Assembly: GCA_964016885.1 (NCBI GenBank)
Contig: OZ024740.1
Coordinates: forward strand, 63,426,001 to 63,490,000
DNA from: Eledone cirrhosa
Lineage: Eukaryota
DNA length: 64,000 nt
Direction: 5' to 3'
Of the stretch, positions 23,901 to 40,215 are shown piece after piece. Position 1 is the first letter of the stretch, and every line of letters begins with the position of its first letter. The notes beneath the pieces are model-generated. The model did no database searches and had not been told where the DNA came from. It worked only from the letters and a program-made list of their open reading frames with translations. The translations under genes were made by a program, and so were the position numbers.

Positions 23901-26900
23901 GTTAGTGATGGTATTGATGAGATGGTGGTGGTGTTGCTAGTCGTTGTGATGCTGTTAGTGATGGTATTAATGTGATGGTGGTGGTGTTGCTAGTGGTTGT
24001 GATGCTGTTAGTGATGGTATTGATGGTAAGTGTGGTGGTGTTGCTAGTGGTTGTGATGCTGTTAGTGATGGTATTGATGGTGAGTGTGGTGGTGTTGCTA
24101 GTGGTTGTGATGCTGTTAGTGATGGTATTGATGGTGACTGTGGTGGTGTTGCTAGTGGTTGTGATGCTGTTAGTGATGGTATTGATGGTGATTGTGGTGG
24201 TGTTGCTAGTGGTTGTGATGCTGTTAGTGATGGTATTGATGGTGAGTGTGGTGGTGTTGCTAGTGGTTGTGATGCTGTTAGTGATGGTATTGATGATGAT
24301 TGTGGTGGTGTTGCTAGTGGTTGTGATGCTGTTAGTGATGGTATTGATGGTGAGTGTGGTGGTGTTGCTAGTGGTTGTGATGCTGTTAGTGATGGTATTG
24401 ATGGTGAGTGTGGTGGTGTTGCTAGTGGTTGTGATGCTGTTAGTGATGGTATTGATGGTGACTGTGGTGGTGTTGCTAGTGGTTGTGATGCTGTTAGTGA
24501 TGGTATTGATGGTGAGTGTGGTGGTGTTGCTAGTGGTTGCGATGCTGTTAGTGATGGTATTGATGATGATTGTGGTGGTGTTGCTAGTGGTTGTGATGCT
24601 GTTAGTGATGGTATTGATGGTGAGTGTGGTGGTGTTGCTAGTGGTTGTGATGCTGTTAGTGATGGTATTGATGGTGAGTGTGGTGGTGTTGCTAGTGGTT
24701 GTGATGCTGTTAGTGATGGTATTGATGGTGACTGTGGTGGTGTTGCTAGTGGTTGTGATGCTGTTAGTGATGGTATTGATGGTGAGTGTGGTGGTGTTGC
24801 TAGTGGTTGTGATGCTGTTAGTGATGGTATTGATGGTGAGTGTGGTGGTGTTGCTAGTGGTTGTGATGCTGTTAGTGATGGTATTGATGGTGATTGTGGT
24901 GGTGTTGCTAGTGGTTGTGATGCTGTTAGTGATGGTATTGATGGTGAGTGTGGTGGTGTTGCTAGTGGTTGTGATGCTGTTAGTGATGGTATTGATGGTG
25001 ATGGTGGTGGTGTTGCTAGTGGTTGTGATGCTGTTAGTGATGGTATTGATGGTGAGTGTGGTGGTGTTGCTAGTGGTTGTGATGCTGTTAGTGATGGTAT
25101 TGATGGTGGTGGTGTTGCTAGTGGTTGTGATGCTGTTAGTGATGGTATTGATGGTGAGTGTGGTGGTGTTGCTAATGGTTGTGATGCTGTTAGTGATGGT
25201 ATTGATGGTAAGTGTGGTGGTGTTGCTAGTGGTTGTGATGCTGTTAGTGATGGTATTGATGGTGATGGTGGTGTTGCTAGTGGTTGTGATGCTGTTAGTG
25301 ATGGTATTGATGGTGAGTGTGGTGGTGTTGCTAATGGTTGTGATGCTGTTAGTGATGGTATTGATGGTGATGGTGGTGGTGTTGCTAGTGGTTGTGATGC
25401 TGTTAGTGATGGTATTGATGGTGATGGTGGTGTTGCTAGTGGTTGTGATGCTGTTAGTGATGGTATTGATGGTAAGTGTGGTGGTGTTGCTAGTGGTTGT
25501 GATGCTGTTAGTGATGGTATTGATGGTGATGGTGGTGGTGTTGCTAGTGGTTGTGATGCTGTTAGTGATGGTATTGATGGTAAGTGTGGTGGTGTTGCTA
25601 GTGGTTGTGATGCTGTTAGGGATGGTATTGATGGTGATGGTGGTGTTGCTAGTGGTTGTGATGCTGTTAGTGATGGTATTGATGGTGAGTGTGGTGGTGT
25701 TGCTAGTGGTTGTGATGCTGTTAGTGATGGTATTGATGGTGATGGTGGTGGTGTTGCTAGTGGTTGTGATGCTGTTAGTGATGGTATTGATGGTAAGTGT
25801 GGTGGTGTTGCTAGTGGTTGTGATGCTGTTAGTGATGGTATTGATGGTGATGGTGGTGTTGCTAGTGGTTGTGATGCTGTTAGTGATGGTATTGATGGTG
25901 AGTGTGGTGGTGTTGCTAATGGTTGTGATGCTGTTAGTGATGGTATTGATGGTGATGGTGGTGGTGTTGCTAGTGGTTGTGATGCTGTTAGTGATGGTAT
26001 TGATGGTGATGGTGGTGTTGCTAGTGGTTGTGATGCTGTTAGTGATGGTATTGATGGTGAGTGTGGTGGTGTTGCTAGTGGTTGTGATGCTGTTAGTGAT
26101 GGTATTGATGGTGATGGTGGTGGTGTTGCTAGTGGTTGTGATGCTGTTAGTGATGGTATTGATGGTGAGTGTGGTGGTGTTGCTAGTGGTTGTGATGCTG
26201 TTAGTGATGGTATTGATGGTGAGTGTGGTGGTGTTGCTAGTGGTTGTGATGCTGTTAGTGATGATATTGATGGTGAGTGTGGTGGTGTTGCTAGTGGTTG
26301 TGATGCTGTTAGTGATGGTATTGATGGTGATGGTGGTGGTGTTGAGAGTGGTTGTGATGCTGTTAGTGATGGTATTGATGGTGAGTGTGGTGGTGTTGCT
26401 AGTGGTTGTGATGCTGTTAGTGATGGTATTGATGGTGATTGTAGTGGTGTTGCTAGTGGTTGTGATGCTGTTAGTGATGGTATTGATGAGATGGTGGTGG
26501 TGTTGCTAGTGGTTGTGATGCTGTTAGTGATGGTATTAATGTGATGGTGGTGGTGTTGCTAGTGGTTGTGATGCTGTTAGTGATGGTATTGATGGTGACT
26601 GTGGTGGTGTTGCTAGTGGTTGTGATGCTGTTAGTGATGGTATTGATGAGATGGTGGTGGTGTTGCTAGTGGTTGTGATGCTGTTAGTGATGGTATTAAT
26701 GTGATGGTGGTGGTGTTGCTAGTGGTTGTGATGCTGTTAGTGATGGTATTGATGGTAAGTGTGGTGGTGTTGCTAGTGGTTGTGATGCTGTTAGTGATGG
26801 TATTGATGAGATGGTGGTGGTGTTGCTAGTGGTTGTGATGCTGTTAGTGATGGTATTAATGTGATGGTGGTGGTGTTGCTAGTGGTTGTGATGCTGTTAG

Positions 26901-29819
26901 TGATGGTATTGATGGTAAGTGTGGTGGTGTTGCTAGTGGTTGTGATGCTGTTACTGATGGTATTGATGGTGAGTGTGGTGGTGTTGCTAGTGGTTGTGAT
27001 GCTGTTAGTGATGGTATTGATGGTGATTGTGGTGGTGTTGCTAGTGGTTGTGATGCTGTTAGTGATGGTATTGATGGTGAGTGTGGTGGTGTTGCTAGTG
27101 GTTGTGATGCTGTTAGTGATGGTATTGATGATGATTGTGGTGGTGTTGCTAGTGGTTGTGATGCTGTTAGTGATGGTATTGATGGTGAGTGTGGTGGTGT
27201 TGCTAGTGGTTGTGATGCTGTTAGTGATGGTATTGATGGTGAGTGTGGTGGTGTTGCTAGTGGTTGTGATGCTGTTAGTGATGGTATTGATGGTGACTGT
27301 GGTGGTGTTGCTAGTGGTTGTGATGCTGTTAGTGATGGTATTGATAGTGTGTGTGGTGGTGTTGCTAGTGGTTGTGATGCTGTTAGTGATGGTATTGATG
27401 ATGATTGTGGTGGTGTTGCTAGTGGTTGTGATGCTGTTAGTGATGGTATTGATGGTGAGTGTGGTGGTGTTGCTAGTGGTTGTGATGCTGTTAGTGATAG
27501 TATTGATGGTGAGTGTGGTGGTGTTGCTAGTGGTTGTGATGCTGTTAGTGATGGTATTGATGGTGACTGTGGTGGTGTTGCTAGTGGTTGTGATGCTGTT
27601 AGTGATGGTATTGATGGTGAGTGTGGTGGTGTTGCTAGTGGTTGTGATGCTGTTAGTGATGGTATTGATGGTGATTGTGGTTGTGATGCTGTTAGTGATG
27701 GTATTGATGGTGATGGTGGTGGTGTTGCTAGTGGTTGTGATGCTGTTATTGATGGTATTGATGGTGATGGTGGTGGTGTTGCTAGTGGTTGTGATGCTGT
27801 TAGTGATGGTATTGATGGTGATGGTGGTGGTGTTGCTAGTGGTTGTGATGCTGTTAGTGATGGTATTGATGGTAAGTGTGGTGGTGTTGCTAGTGGTTGT
27901 GATGCTGTTAGTGATGGTATTGATGGTGAGTGTGGTTGTGATGCTGTTAGTGATGGTATTGATGGTGATGGTGGTGGTGTTGCTAGTGGTTGTGATGCTG
28001 TTATTGATGGTATTGATGGTAAGTGTGGTGGTGTTGCTAGTGGTTGTGATGCTGTTAGTGATGGTATTGATGGTGAGTGTGGTGGTGTTGCTAGTGGTTG
28101 TGATGCTGTTAGTGATGGTATTGATGGTGACTATGGTGGTGTTTCTAGTGGTTGTGATGCTGTTAGTGATGGTATTGATGGTGATGGTGGTGGTGTTGCT
28201 AGTGGTTGTGATGCTGTTAGTGATGGTATTGATGGTGATGGTGGTGGTGTTGCTAGTGGTTGTGATGCTGTTAGTGATGGTATTGATGGTGACTGTGGTG
28301 GTGTTTCTAGTGGTTGTGATGCTGTTAGTGATGGTATTGATGGTGATGGTGGTGTTGCTAGTGGTTGTGATGCTGTTAGTGATGGTATTGATGGTGAGTG
28401 TGGTGGTGTTGCTAGTGGTTGTGATGCTGTTAGTGATTGTATTGATGGTGACTGTGGTGGTGTTTCTAGTGGGTGTGATGCTGTTAGTGATGGTATTGAT
28501 GGTGATGGTGGTGGTGTTGCTAGTGGTTGTGATGCTGTTAGTGATGGTATTGATGGTGATGGTGGTGGTGTTGCTAGTGGTTGTGATGTTGTTAGTGATG
28601 GTGGTGGTGTTGCTAGTGGTTGTGATGCTGTTAGTGATGGTATTGATGGTGATGGTGGTGGTGTTGCTAGTGGTTGTGATGCTGTTAGTGATGGTATTGA
28701 TGGTGAGTGTGGTGGTGTTTCTAGTGGTTGTGATGCTATTAGTGATGGTATTGATGGTGATGGTGGTGGTGTTGCTAGTGGTTGTGATGCTGTTAGTGAT
28801 GGTATTGATGGTGAGTGCGGTGGTGTTGCTAGTGGTTGTGATGCTGTTAGTGATGGTATTGATGGTGATTGTGGTGGTGTTGCTAGTGGTTGTGATGCTG
28901 TTAGTGATGGTATTGATGGTGAGTGTGGTGGTGTTGCTAGTGGTTGTGATGCTGTTAGTGATGGTATTGATGGTGATGGTGGTGGTGTTGCTAGTGGTTG
29001 TGATGCTGTTAGTGATGGTATTAATGTGATGGTGGTGGTGTTTCTAGTGGTTGTGATGCTGTTAGTGATGGTATTGATGGTAAGTGTGGTGGTGTTGCTA
29101 GTGGTTGTGATGCTGTTAGTGATGGTATTGATGGTGATGGTGGTGGTGTTGCTAGTGGTTGTGATGCTGTTAGTGATGGTATTGATGGTGAGTGTGGTGG
29201 TGTTTCTAGTGGTTGTGATGCTGTTAATGATGGTATTGATGGTAAGTGTGGTGGTGTTGCTAGTGGTTGTGATGCTGTTAGTGATGGTATTGATGGTGAT
29301 GGTGGTGGTGTTGCTAGTGGTTGTGATGCTGTTAGTGATGGTATTAATGTGATGGTGGTGGTGTTTCTAGTGGTTGTGATGCTGTTAGTGATGGTATTGA
29401 TGGTAAGTGTGGTGGTGTTGCTAGTGGTTGTGATGCTGTTAGTGATGGTATTGATGGTGATGGTGGTGGTGTTGCTAGTGGTTGTGATGCTGTTAGTGAT
29501 GGTATTGATGGTGAGTGTGGTGGTGTTGCTAGTGGTTGTGATGCTGTTAGTGATGGTATTGATGGTGAGTGTGGTGGTGTTTCTAGTGGTTGTGATGCTG
29601 TTAATGATGGTATTGATGGTAAGTGTGGTGGTGTTGCTAGTGGTTGCGATGCTGTTAGTGATGGTATTGATGATGATTGTGGTGGTGTTGCTAGTGGTTG
29701 TGATGCTGTTAGTGATGGTATTGATGGTGATGGTGGTGGTGTTGCTAGTGGTTGTGACGCTGTTAGTGATGGTATTGATGGTGATTGTGGTGGTGTTGCT
29801 AGTGGTTGTGATGCTGTTA
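17963..29819. repeat. 54-bp G/T-rich minisatellite array, about 220 copies
   Basis: Consensus GGTGTTGCTAGTGGTTGTGATGCTGTTAGTGATGGTATTGATGGTGAGTGTGGT, with a variable GAG/GAC/GAT/AAG triplet and occasional shorter units. Confidence 0.98.
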
Positions 29820-29889
29820 ACCACGCAGCACGTTTATTCTCATATTTACATATATATATATATATGTGCGTGAATATATACATATATGT

Positions 29890-30224
29890 GCGTGAACGAC
29901 CCAGTATAAATGTGTTGAGAGAGAAACTGTGTCTGAGAGGGATAGAATGTAGTGTACGGGAGAGGAGACTGAGGAGGTATGGACATGTGATGCGCATGGA
30001 GGATGACCGATGGGTGAAGAAGTGCCAGGAAATGCCAGTTGAAGGAAGACGTGGTAGAGGTAGACCACGAATAACATGGGCGGAGGTGGTGAGAACAGAC
30101 CTCAGATCATTGAAGCTCACTGTGGAGATGACGAAGGACCGTGACGAGTGGAGAGATGCTGAATAAGACCCGTCCCACCCTTGCAAGCAGGGAAAAGCGG
30201 ACGTAAAATGATGATGGTGATGAT
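29890..30224 (+). mobile_element. RTE-clade LINE 3' fragment (second family, short 3' UTR)
   Basis: RERRLRRYGHVMRMEDDRWVKKC..GRGRPRITW; terminus CCCACCCTTGCAAGCAGGGAAAAGCGGACGTAAAATGATGATG. Confidence 0.85.
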
Positions 30225-30299
30225 TATATATATGTGTGTGTGTGTGTACTAAAAGATAAATAACATTGCGTTTGTGTAGGTCAAATCAAGTACTTTTTG

Positions 30300-32221
30300 T
30301 ATAATAATAATAATGAAATATTGTGTACAGTGCTCAGGTGCACTACAACTCATCAAAAAGTGTATGTATAGTACATAGGGTAATGTACAAACGGCTGGAA
30401 AATGAACAGTGCATGAGTCATGATACACACATGTGTGCATGTGTATGGATGGGGTACATCAGGTGTAGTTTTGGCGTATTTCGGGAAGCATGAGTGTCTC
30501 GGCAGCTAACAACTGACGCAGGCAGTTTGTTCCATGCTTCAGCAACTCTGAGCATGAAAAAATGTCTACGAAAGTCATGGGAGCTGTGCTGTTTTCTGAT
30601 TTTGTAGGCATGTCCACGTGTGTTAGACACATGGAGATCAAAAAGGTGCTCAGGGTTGTTGTTGGTGAGATGGTTAATAACTTTGTGGGTATTTACCAAG
30701 TCCATTGCCAGACGTCGGAGCTTCAATGAATCCATGCCCAGGGAAGCAAGGCGTTCAGAGTATGGTAGGTGTCTGATGGAGGGTGTGCGCTTGGTTGCAC
30801 GTCTCTGAACAGTTTCCAGGAGGTTAATGTTCTGAGCAAGATAGGGGTTCCAGACTGATGATGCGAATTCCAAGTGTGGTCGTACCATAGCTGTATACAG
30901 TTTTAAATAGATGGCTGGAGAGCGGCTAACAAAGCCCTTGCTGAGTGATGCCAAGACACCCTCAGCCTTCTTGACAATCTTAGAGACATGCTTTGTCCAA
31001 CACAAATCGCTGCTGACAGTAATGCCCAGGTCACGTTCACAAGAGGACTTCTTGATATCAGTGTTGTGGAGGGAGTATGTGGATGCTGGATTTTTCCTCC
31101 CAAAATGCATGGTGGTACACTTGTCCACAGCCAGCTTCAGTTGCCAGTCTGTGATCCATTGCTGCATTGTGTCCAGGTCTGATTGTAGGAAAGAGTTGTA
31201 GATTTCAGGATCAGTCCTTTTGATTTCAAGGTACAGCTTGATCTCATCTGCATATTTCAGTACCGTGGCATTCTGTAAGTTGGCATCTATGTCATTAATA
31301 TATGCCACAAACAAAAGGGGACCAAGAACAGATCCCTGTGGTACACTAGATGACATCTCATATGGTGAAGAATGCTGTCCTAGAACCGTGACTACCTCTT
31401 TTCGGCTGAGAATGAAGGATTTCAACCAGTCGAAAAGATCATCCCTCACACCCATTGTAGAGAGTTTTGCCATAAGTCTTTTGTGTGGCACAGAATTAAA
31501 AGCCTTAGCAAAGTCAAGGTAAACAACATCCACCCATGAGCTGCTGTCAGTGATCCGGGTGATGTCTTCAAGGAACTCGATGAGCTGATCACAGCAGCTG
31601 GAGTTAGGGATAAATCCAAACTGTAAGGGCCAGATGAGGCTGTGAGAGCTCCAGAAGTTCCAAAGTGTTTCTCTGACACAGGATTCCATCAGTTTGGCCA
31701 TACAGTTAGTAAGACTGACTGGACGATAGTTGACAGGTGACATGCGGTTGCCCTTTTTGAACAGGGAAATGACACTGGCAGTTTTCCACTGCTCCGGAGT
31801 AACACCATTGTTGAGACAGTATTGAAAGAAGAAAGAAAGCTGGCGCAAAAGGAAATACCCGCCACGTTTGAGAAGCAGGTATGTAACACCATCAAGACCA
31901 GGGGAGGCATAGTTGCGCTTATTCTTAAGGTGACGTTGCAACATTGCAGGTGTAAATTCCATAGTTGTTATGGAATTTGATGTTAGAGATGATGGAGATG
32001 GTACATTCTGGTTTTCAACAGTAAAAATACTTGCATAGCACTCAGCAATAAGTTCTGCACATTCTTTGGGATCGTTAGTGATCTGGCTTGTGTGGGGATT
32101 GCGAAGAGGACCAACTGGAGAGTGAGGTCTCTGCTTTGAATGAACATATTTCCAGAACACCTTACTGTCAGGATTGGTTGCTATGCACTGTTCAAATTCA
32201 AGCACTGCCTTCTTTGTCACT
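30300..32221 (-). mobile_element. 5'-truncated CR1-group LINE (RT portion), same family as 2256-6500
   Basis: The 600-aa ORF 30418-32220 is colinear and highly similar to 2364-4079; catalytic motif reads YADE; (TTA)n tail near 30301. Confidence 0.93.
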
Positions 32222-32514
32222 TGCGTATGTATCTATGTATGCATTTATTCCCCAGGGAATTGTTTGACGAACCGTTTTGCCTAATTGCTTTATTTGATTT
32301 TTAAGTTTTTTTTTATTCCGAAGACGTCTGATATTTTTGTTTGGAAGCAACGTTTTTGAATTGGCCTTTAAAGTACTATCATATGAAACTGTTTATTTTA
32401 AAATGTTTTTATTTATCTAAAAATCTTCCATCATAGTTTTATATAAGAACATTAGTTAAGTTATGATCCAAATACCAAATAAATAATGAGAAAGTTTGGG
32501 TACTACAACGCTAT

Positions 32515-32664
32515 TAGGTGTCAGTCGAAAGCAGCCGATGAAAGCAAAACATCGTTTATTTCCGTATTACTACCACGCGTAAGTGGAGTTACTTGGTGGT
32601 AGTAATACGGAAATAAACGATAACGAATGACGTCACCTTCGCCTGCTTTCACGACTGACAGCTA
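32515..32664. mobile_element. Small palindromic MITE-like element
   Basis: Outer inverted repeats TAGGTGTCAGTCG..AAAGCAG / CTGCTTT..CGACTGACAGCTA and a perfect 26-bp inner inverted repeat (32551-32576 / 32596-32621). Confidence 0.7.
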
Positions 32665-32723
32665 TATATCACGTGAACACAATCACATTATTCTTTCAAA
32701 AGGAAAAGTTTGGCGCCATTTTT
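32628..32723 (+). promoter_or_regulatory. Candidate Pol II promoter: CRE, E-box and YY1-type motif cluster
   Basis: TGACGTCA 32628-32635, TCACGTGA 32669-32676 and GGCGCCATTTT 32712-32722 lie within 100 bp and are followed by a consensus splice donor. Confidence 0.4.
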
Positions 32724-32741
32724 CTCCAAGGATTAACGCAA

Positions 32742-32795
32742 ATGACAACAAACAGGGGTAAAGAAGAAACGATAAAAGCAAAAGATAAGAAAACG
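32742..32795 (+). other. Candidate first exon (MTTNRGKEETIKAKDKKT if coding) of an unidentified transcript
   Basis: ATG at 32742, 18 purine-rich codons, then donor CG|GTAAGT at 32796. Confidence 0.35.
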
Positions 32796-33464
32796 GTAAG
32801 TAATATCAAATAATTATTAAACACGTTACAGGAATCGTATTACACGAATAATTAAGTTTCATACATATATATATATGTGTATGTATGTATATATATTTAT
32901 TTTATCTGATGAAATATGTATAAAATAAATATGGTTTTATAAATATAGCTTCCATTTATTAATATATTGTATATATATATGTATGTATGTATATATATGT
33001 ATGTATGTATGCAAAACAAAATTATCAGCAATTGTATTAAACTAAGATTTTATTGTTTTATATTTTGTATCTCGGCTCTAATACATTTGAAAATTTACAT
33101 TGAGCCTTTTCTCCTACCGGCTAGTACTTAGTACTACCATCCATATTTATAATCATATATAAGTATAAATATTATTATTATTATTACTATGTATGTATAT
33201 ATATATATGTATTTCGGTTAGCTTTCCCCTGTGTTGTGTACTTGTCTCACTCGCTTTACGCGTTTTAATTGTCCGAATAACTTATTTTAGTTATTATTGC
33301 ACCAACGTGAGGTATATGATTTTTAATGCAATGAAATACCTATGACCGTTGGCAAATCACTGATGAGGGACTCATTTTATAACATGTTATCCATGTGCAA
33401 CCATGCAGTATTCTTCTCCCCATATTTTTATATATATATATATATATATCTATATATATATCTA

Positions 33465-35730
33465 TATAAATTATGTTAACTTTAAATCTAACCATCCTAC
33501 CAATATCAAGAATGCTATAGTTAGTAATATTGGAAAAAGAATATCTAACATATCCTCTAATAAAAACATCTTTGATGCTAACGCCAATTACTATAATAAC
33601 GCACTTTCTAAAGCCGGCTATCCAGATAAAATCAAATATAGTAAAGAAACAAATTCTAGAAAAACTTACAGTAGAATAATTAATCATGATCATTCCGATA
33701 ATTTTAATAAAAGACCTAGATACAAAAACATAATCTGGTATAATGCTCCTTTCTCCATCTCTATTAATAACAATATTCCTAAATTATTTTTTAGTGCCTT
33801 AAATAAATGCTTCCCTCCCTCACATATCTATAGTAAAATATTTAACAAACACACCATCAAATTTTCTTATTCCACATCCTCCAATATTTCCAACATCATC
33901 TCTAAACACAACAATAAAATACTAAATACTAAATCTCTTCCTTCCAACATTGAATTTCATAATAACAGTAATACTACTCCCGACGTCATTGTAAACCCTA
34001 GGCTAACTTCTGTAAACCCAAATACAACGTCAAACACAACTTCGCTAAATGTTCATAATCCAACTCTAAATCAAGAAACTATTATTCCTATTATTCCTAT
34101 CGCAAACAACTTCTCCAATCCAATTCCTTCTATAGATAACACTAGGTCACTCATTAATAATCTCTCTAATTGCAACTGCCGCATTAAAAATAAATGTCCT
34201 CTCAACAACCATTGTCTCGATAAAAACTTAATTTATGAATGTAAAATTATAACTAGCACCAATTCCTTCACCTATTTTGGCTCCACTTCCACCTCTTTTA
34301 AAGCTCGTCTCTTAATCATCATTCATCTTTCAAATACAAACTTAAAAGAACCAACACTGCTCTCTCAGAACTCATATGGTCCTTAAAAGACAAAAACATT
34401 AAATATACCATCTTTTGGAAGAAGGTTTCTTCTGCATCCTCATACTTGAACAGCTCTCTATCTAAAATCTGTAATCTCTGCCTAAATGAAAAATTTACCA
34501 TTATCTCTAATCTAGATTCTATAATAAATAGATATACAGATTTGTTTTCTATCTGCCTCCATAAATTCCATAGAACTTTTCACAAAGTATACAGCTAATA
34601 TTCAATTCTTTATCAATTTAGAATCTTTTCTCAAAGGCACATATACATACACCTCTTTAAAATATACCCATCTTCCTACCATACTTTAAAGGGCATTATA
34701 CACTCTATAATACTTGTTTACTCATTACCCTCATTCTATCTTCACCTTGTAAAATCCTTCATAACATATACATCTGTTTTTTGACGTTAGAATATTCATC
34801 CGCAATCATTATTTTTTTCTCTCTATCATATCTTTTTAATCTCAATTTCATCCTTAATTTATTAGTTTTTTCTCCCCATCAACGAACTCATTCTTAATAC
34901 ATATTAACTCTTTATTCGCATATATTATCAATTCCTCCAATATACAAACTTTAACGTCACATTATTTTTCTCAAATCCTTCTACACACAAATCTTAATAA
35001 TTTTTCTCTTCGTTAATTTTGAAATTGCCACAATACTTATCAACATACCCTTTTTTAACGTTAGAATATTCATCCACAATTATTATTTCTTCTCTCTATC
35101 TTCATACATAAATTCCCTTCGTTAATTTTCAAATTCCTTTAATTTATACATTATCTTCCAACGATTCTCAACCTCTCTCTATGTAAAACAATATATCTTT
35201 CTCTCATTTATAAAAACTATCTCTTTCTCTCTATCACCCATCTCTCCCTCTCCACCTTCACTCTCATCTCCTCCCCCTTTTTTCATCCTTTCCACCCCCC
35301 CCCCTCCCTAAATAAAATACTTTTTCCTCGCACAGATCCTCCTTTCGTTAATTTTCAAATTTTTTTAATTTATACATTATCTTCCAACGGTTTTCAACCT
35401 CTCTATGTAAAACAATATATCTCCTCTCAGTTATAAAAACTATCTCTTTCTCTCTATCACCCATCTCTCCCTCTCATCTCCTCCCCTTTTTCATCCTTTT
35501 CACCCACCCCCTCTCTAAATAAAATATTTTTCCCAATATCACACATCAATCTAAAACCACTTTTCATATGTTGATTTAAAACTGCACTATCCACAAGTGT
35601 TTTTTAGCCTTCATATCATGTTCTCCTGTTTTATCTGATGAAAACACAAATATTATTGCATGATGATGTTTGTTTTTGAAATGCGCATAATAAAATACAT
35701 GGAACTCCTTTAACCATCTTTTGATCTTAT
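33465..35730 (+). mobile_element. 5'-truncated Penelope-like element (RT thumb, linker, GIY-YIG, long 3' region); tentatively Nematis-like lineage
   Basis: YVNFKSNHPTNIK, NIIWYNAPFS, CNCRIKNKCPLNNHC, LIYECKI..YFGST. After a frameshift near 34310 it continues LSELIWSLK..CNLCLNEK. The 3' region has internal ~200-bp duplications and a hammerhead. Confidence 0.88.
35628..35696 (+). ncRNA. Type I hammerhead ribozyme with long stem II
   Basis: Stem I TTTTAT/ATAAAA, core CTGATGA 35635-35641, stem II ACAAATATTATT/GATGATGTTTGT (G-U pairs), GAAA 35678-35681, palindromic stem III ATGCGCAT, predicted cleavage after AUA at 35689. Confidence 0.82.
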
Positions 35731-35734
35731 ATTC

Positions 35735-35770
<36 letters not shown>

Positions 35771-35771
35771 G

Positions 35772-35920
35772 ATATAATAATTGTTTCTACTTTTGGCACA
35801 AGGCCAGCAATTATCTAGTACATTACTGGTACTTTATTTTATCGACCCCGTAAAATAAAGTACCAGTAATGTACTGGTTAATTGTTGGCCTTGTGCCAAA
35901 AGTAGAAACAATTATTATAT
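35772..35920. repeat. SINE-derived hairpin (70-bp arms, 9-nt loop), copy 1
   Basis: The left arm equals the 3' end of the SINE at 46552 (AATTGTTTCTACTT..GGCACAAGGCCAGCAA..CATTACTGGTACTTTATTTTA); loop TCGACCCCG; the right arm is its reverse complement. Confidence 0.9.
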
Positions 35921-35949
35921 AAATAAGTATAAATATTATTATTATTACT

Positions 35950-40215
<4,266 letters not shown>

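Noticed and set aside
17963-29819. CRISPR-like array
   Set aside because: Units are head-to-tail with only a variable triplet, no unique spacers and no cas genes; eukaryotic context.
17912-29873. Huge Val/Leu/Met-rich ORFs (up to 1352 aa) resembling membrane proteins
   Set aside because: Translations of the 54-bp minisatellite; frameshifting units, and no unique flanking coding sequence or splice context.
32669-32676. CLEAR/TFEB site regulating RagA
   Set aside because: A single 8-mer about 25 kb downstream of the gene end; no evidence linking it to RagA.
33360-33420. Additional hammerhead at CTGATGAGGGA
   Set aside because: A GGGA/TCCC stem is possible, but no GAAA, stem III or stem I partner follows before the (TA)n tract; at best a truncated remnant.
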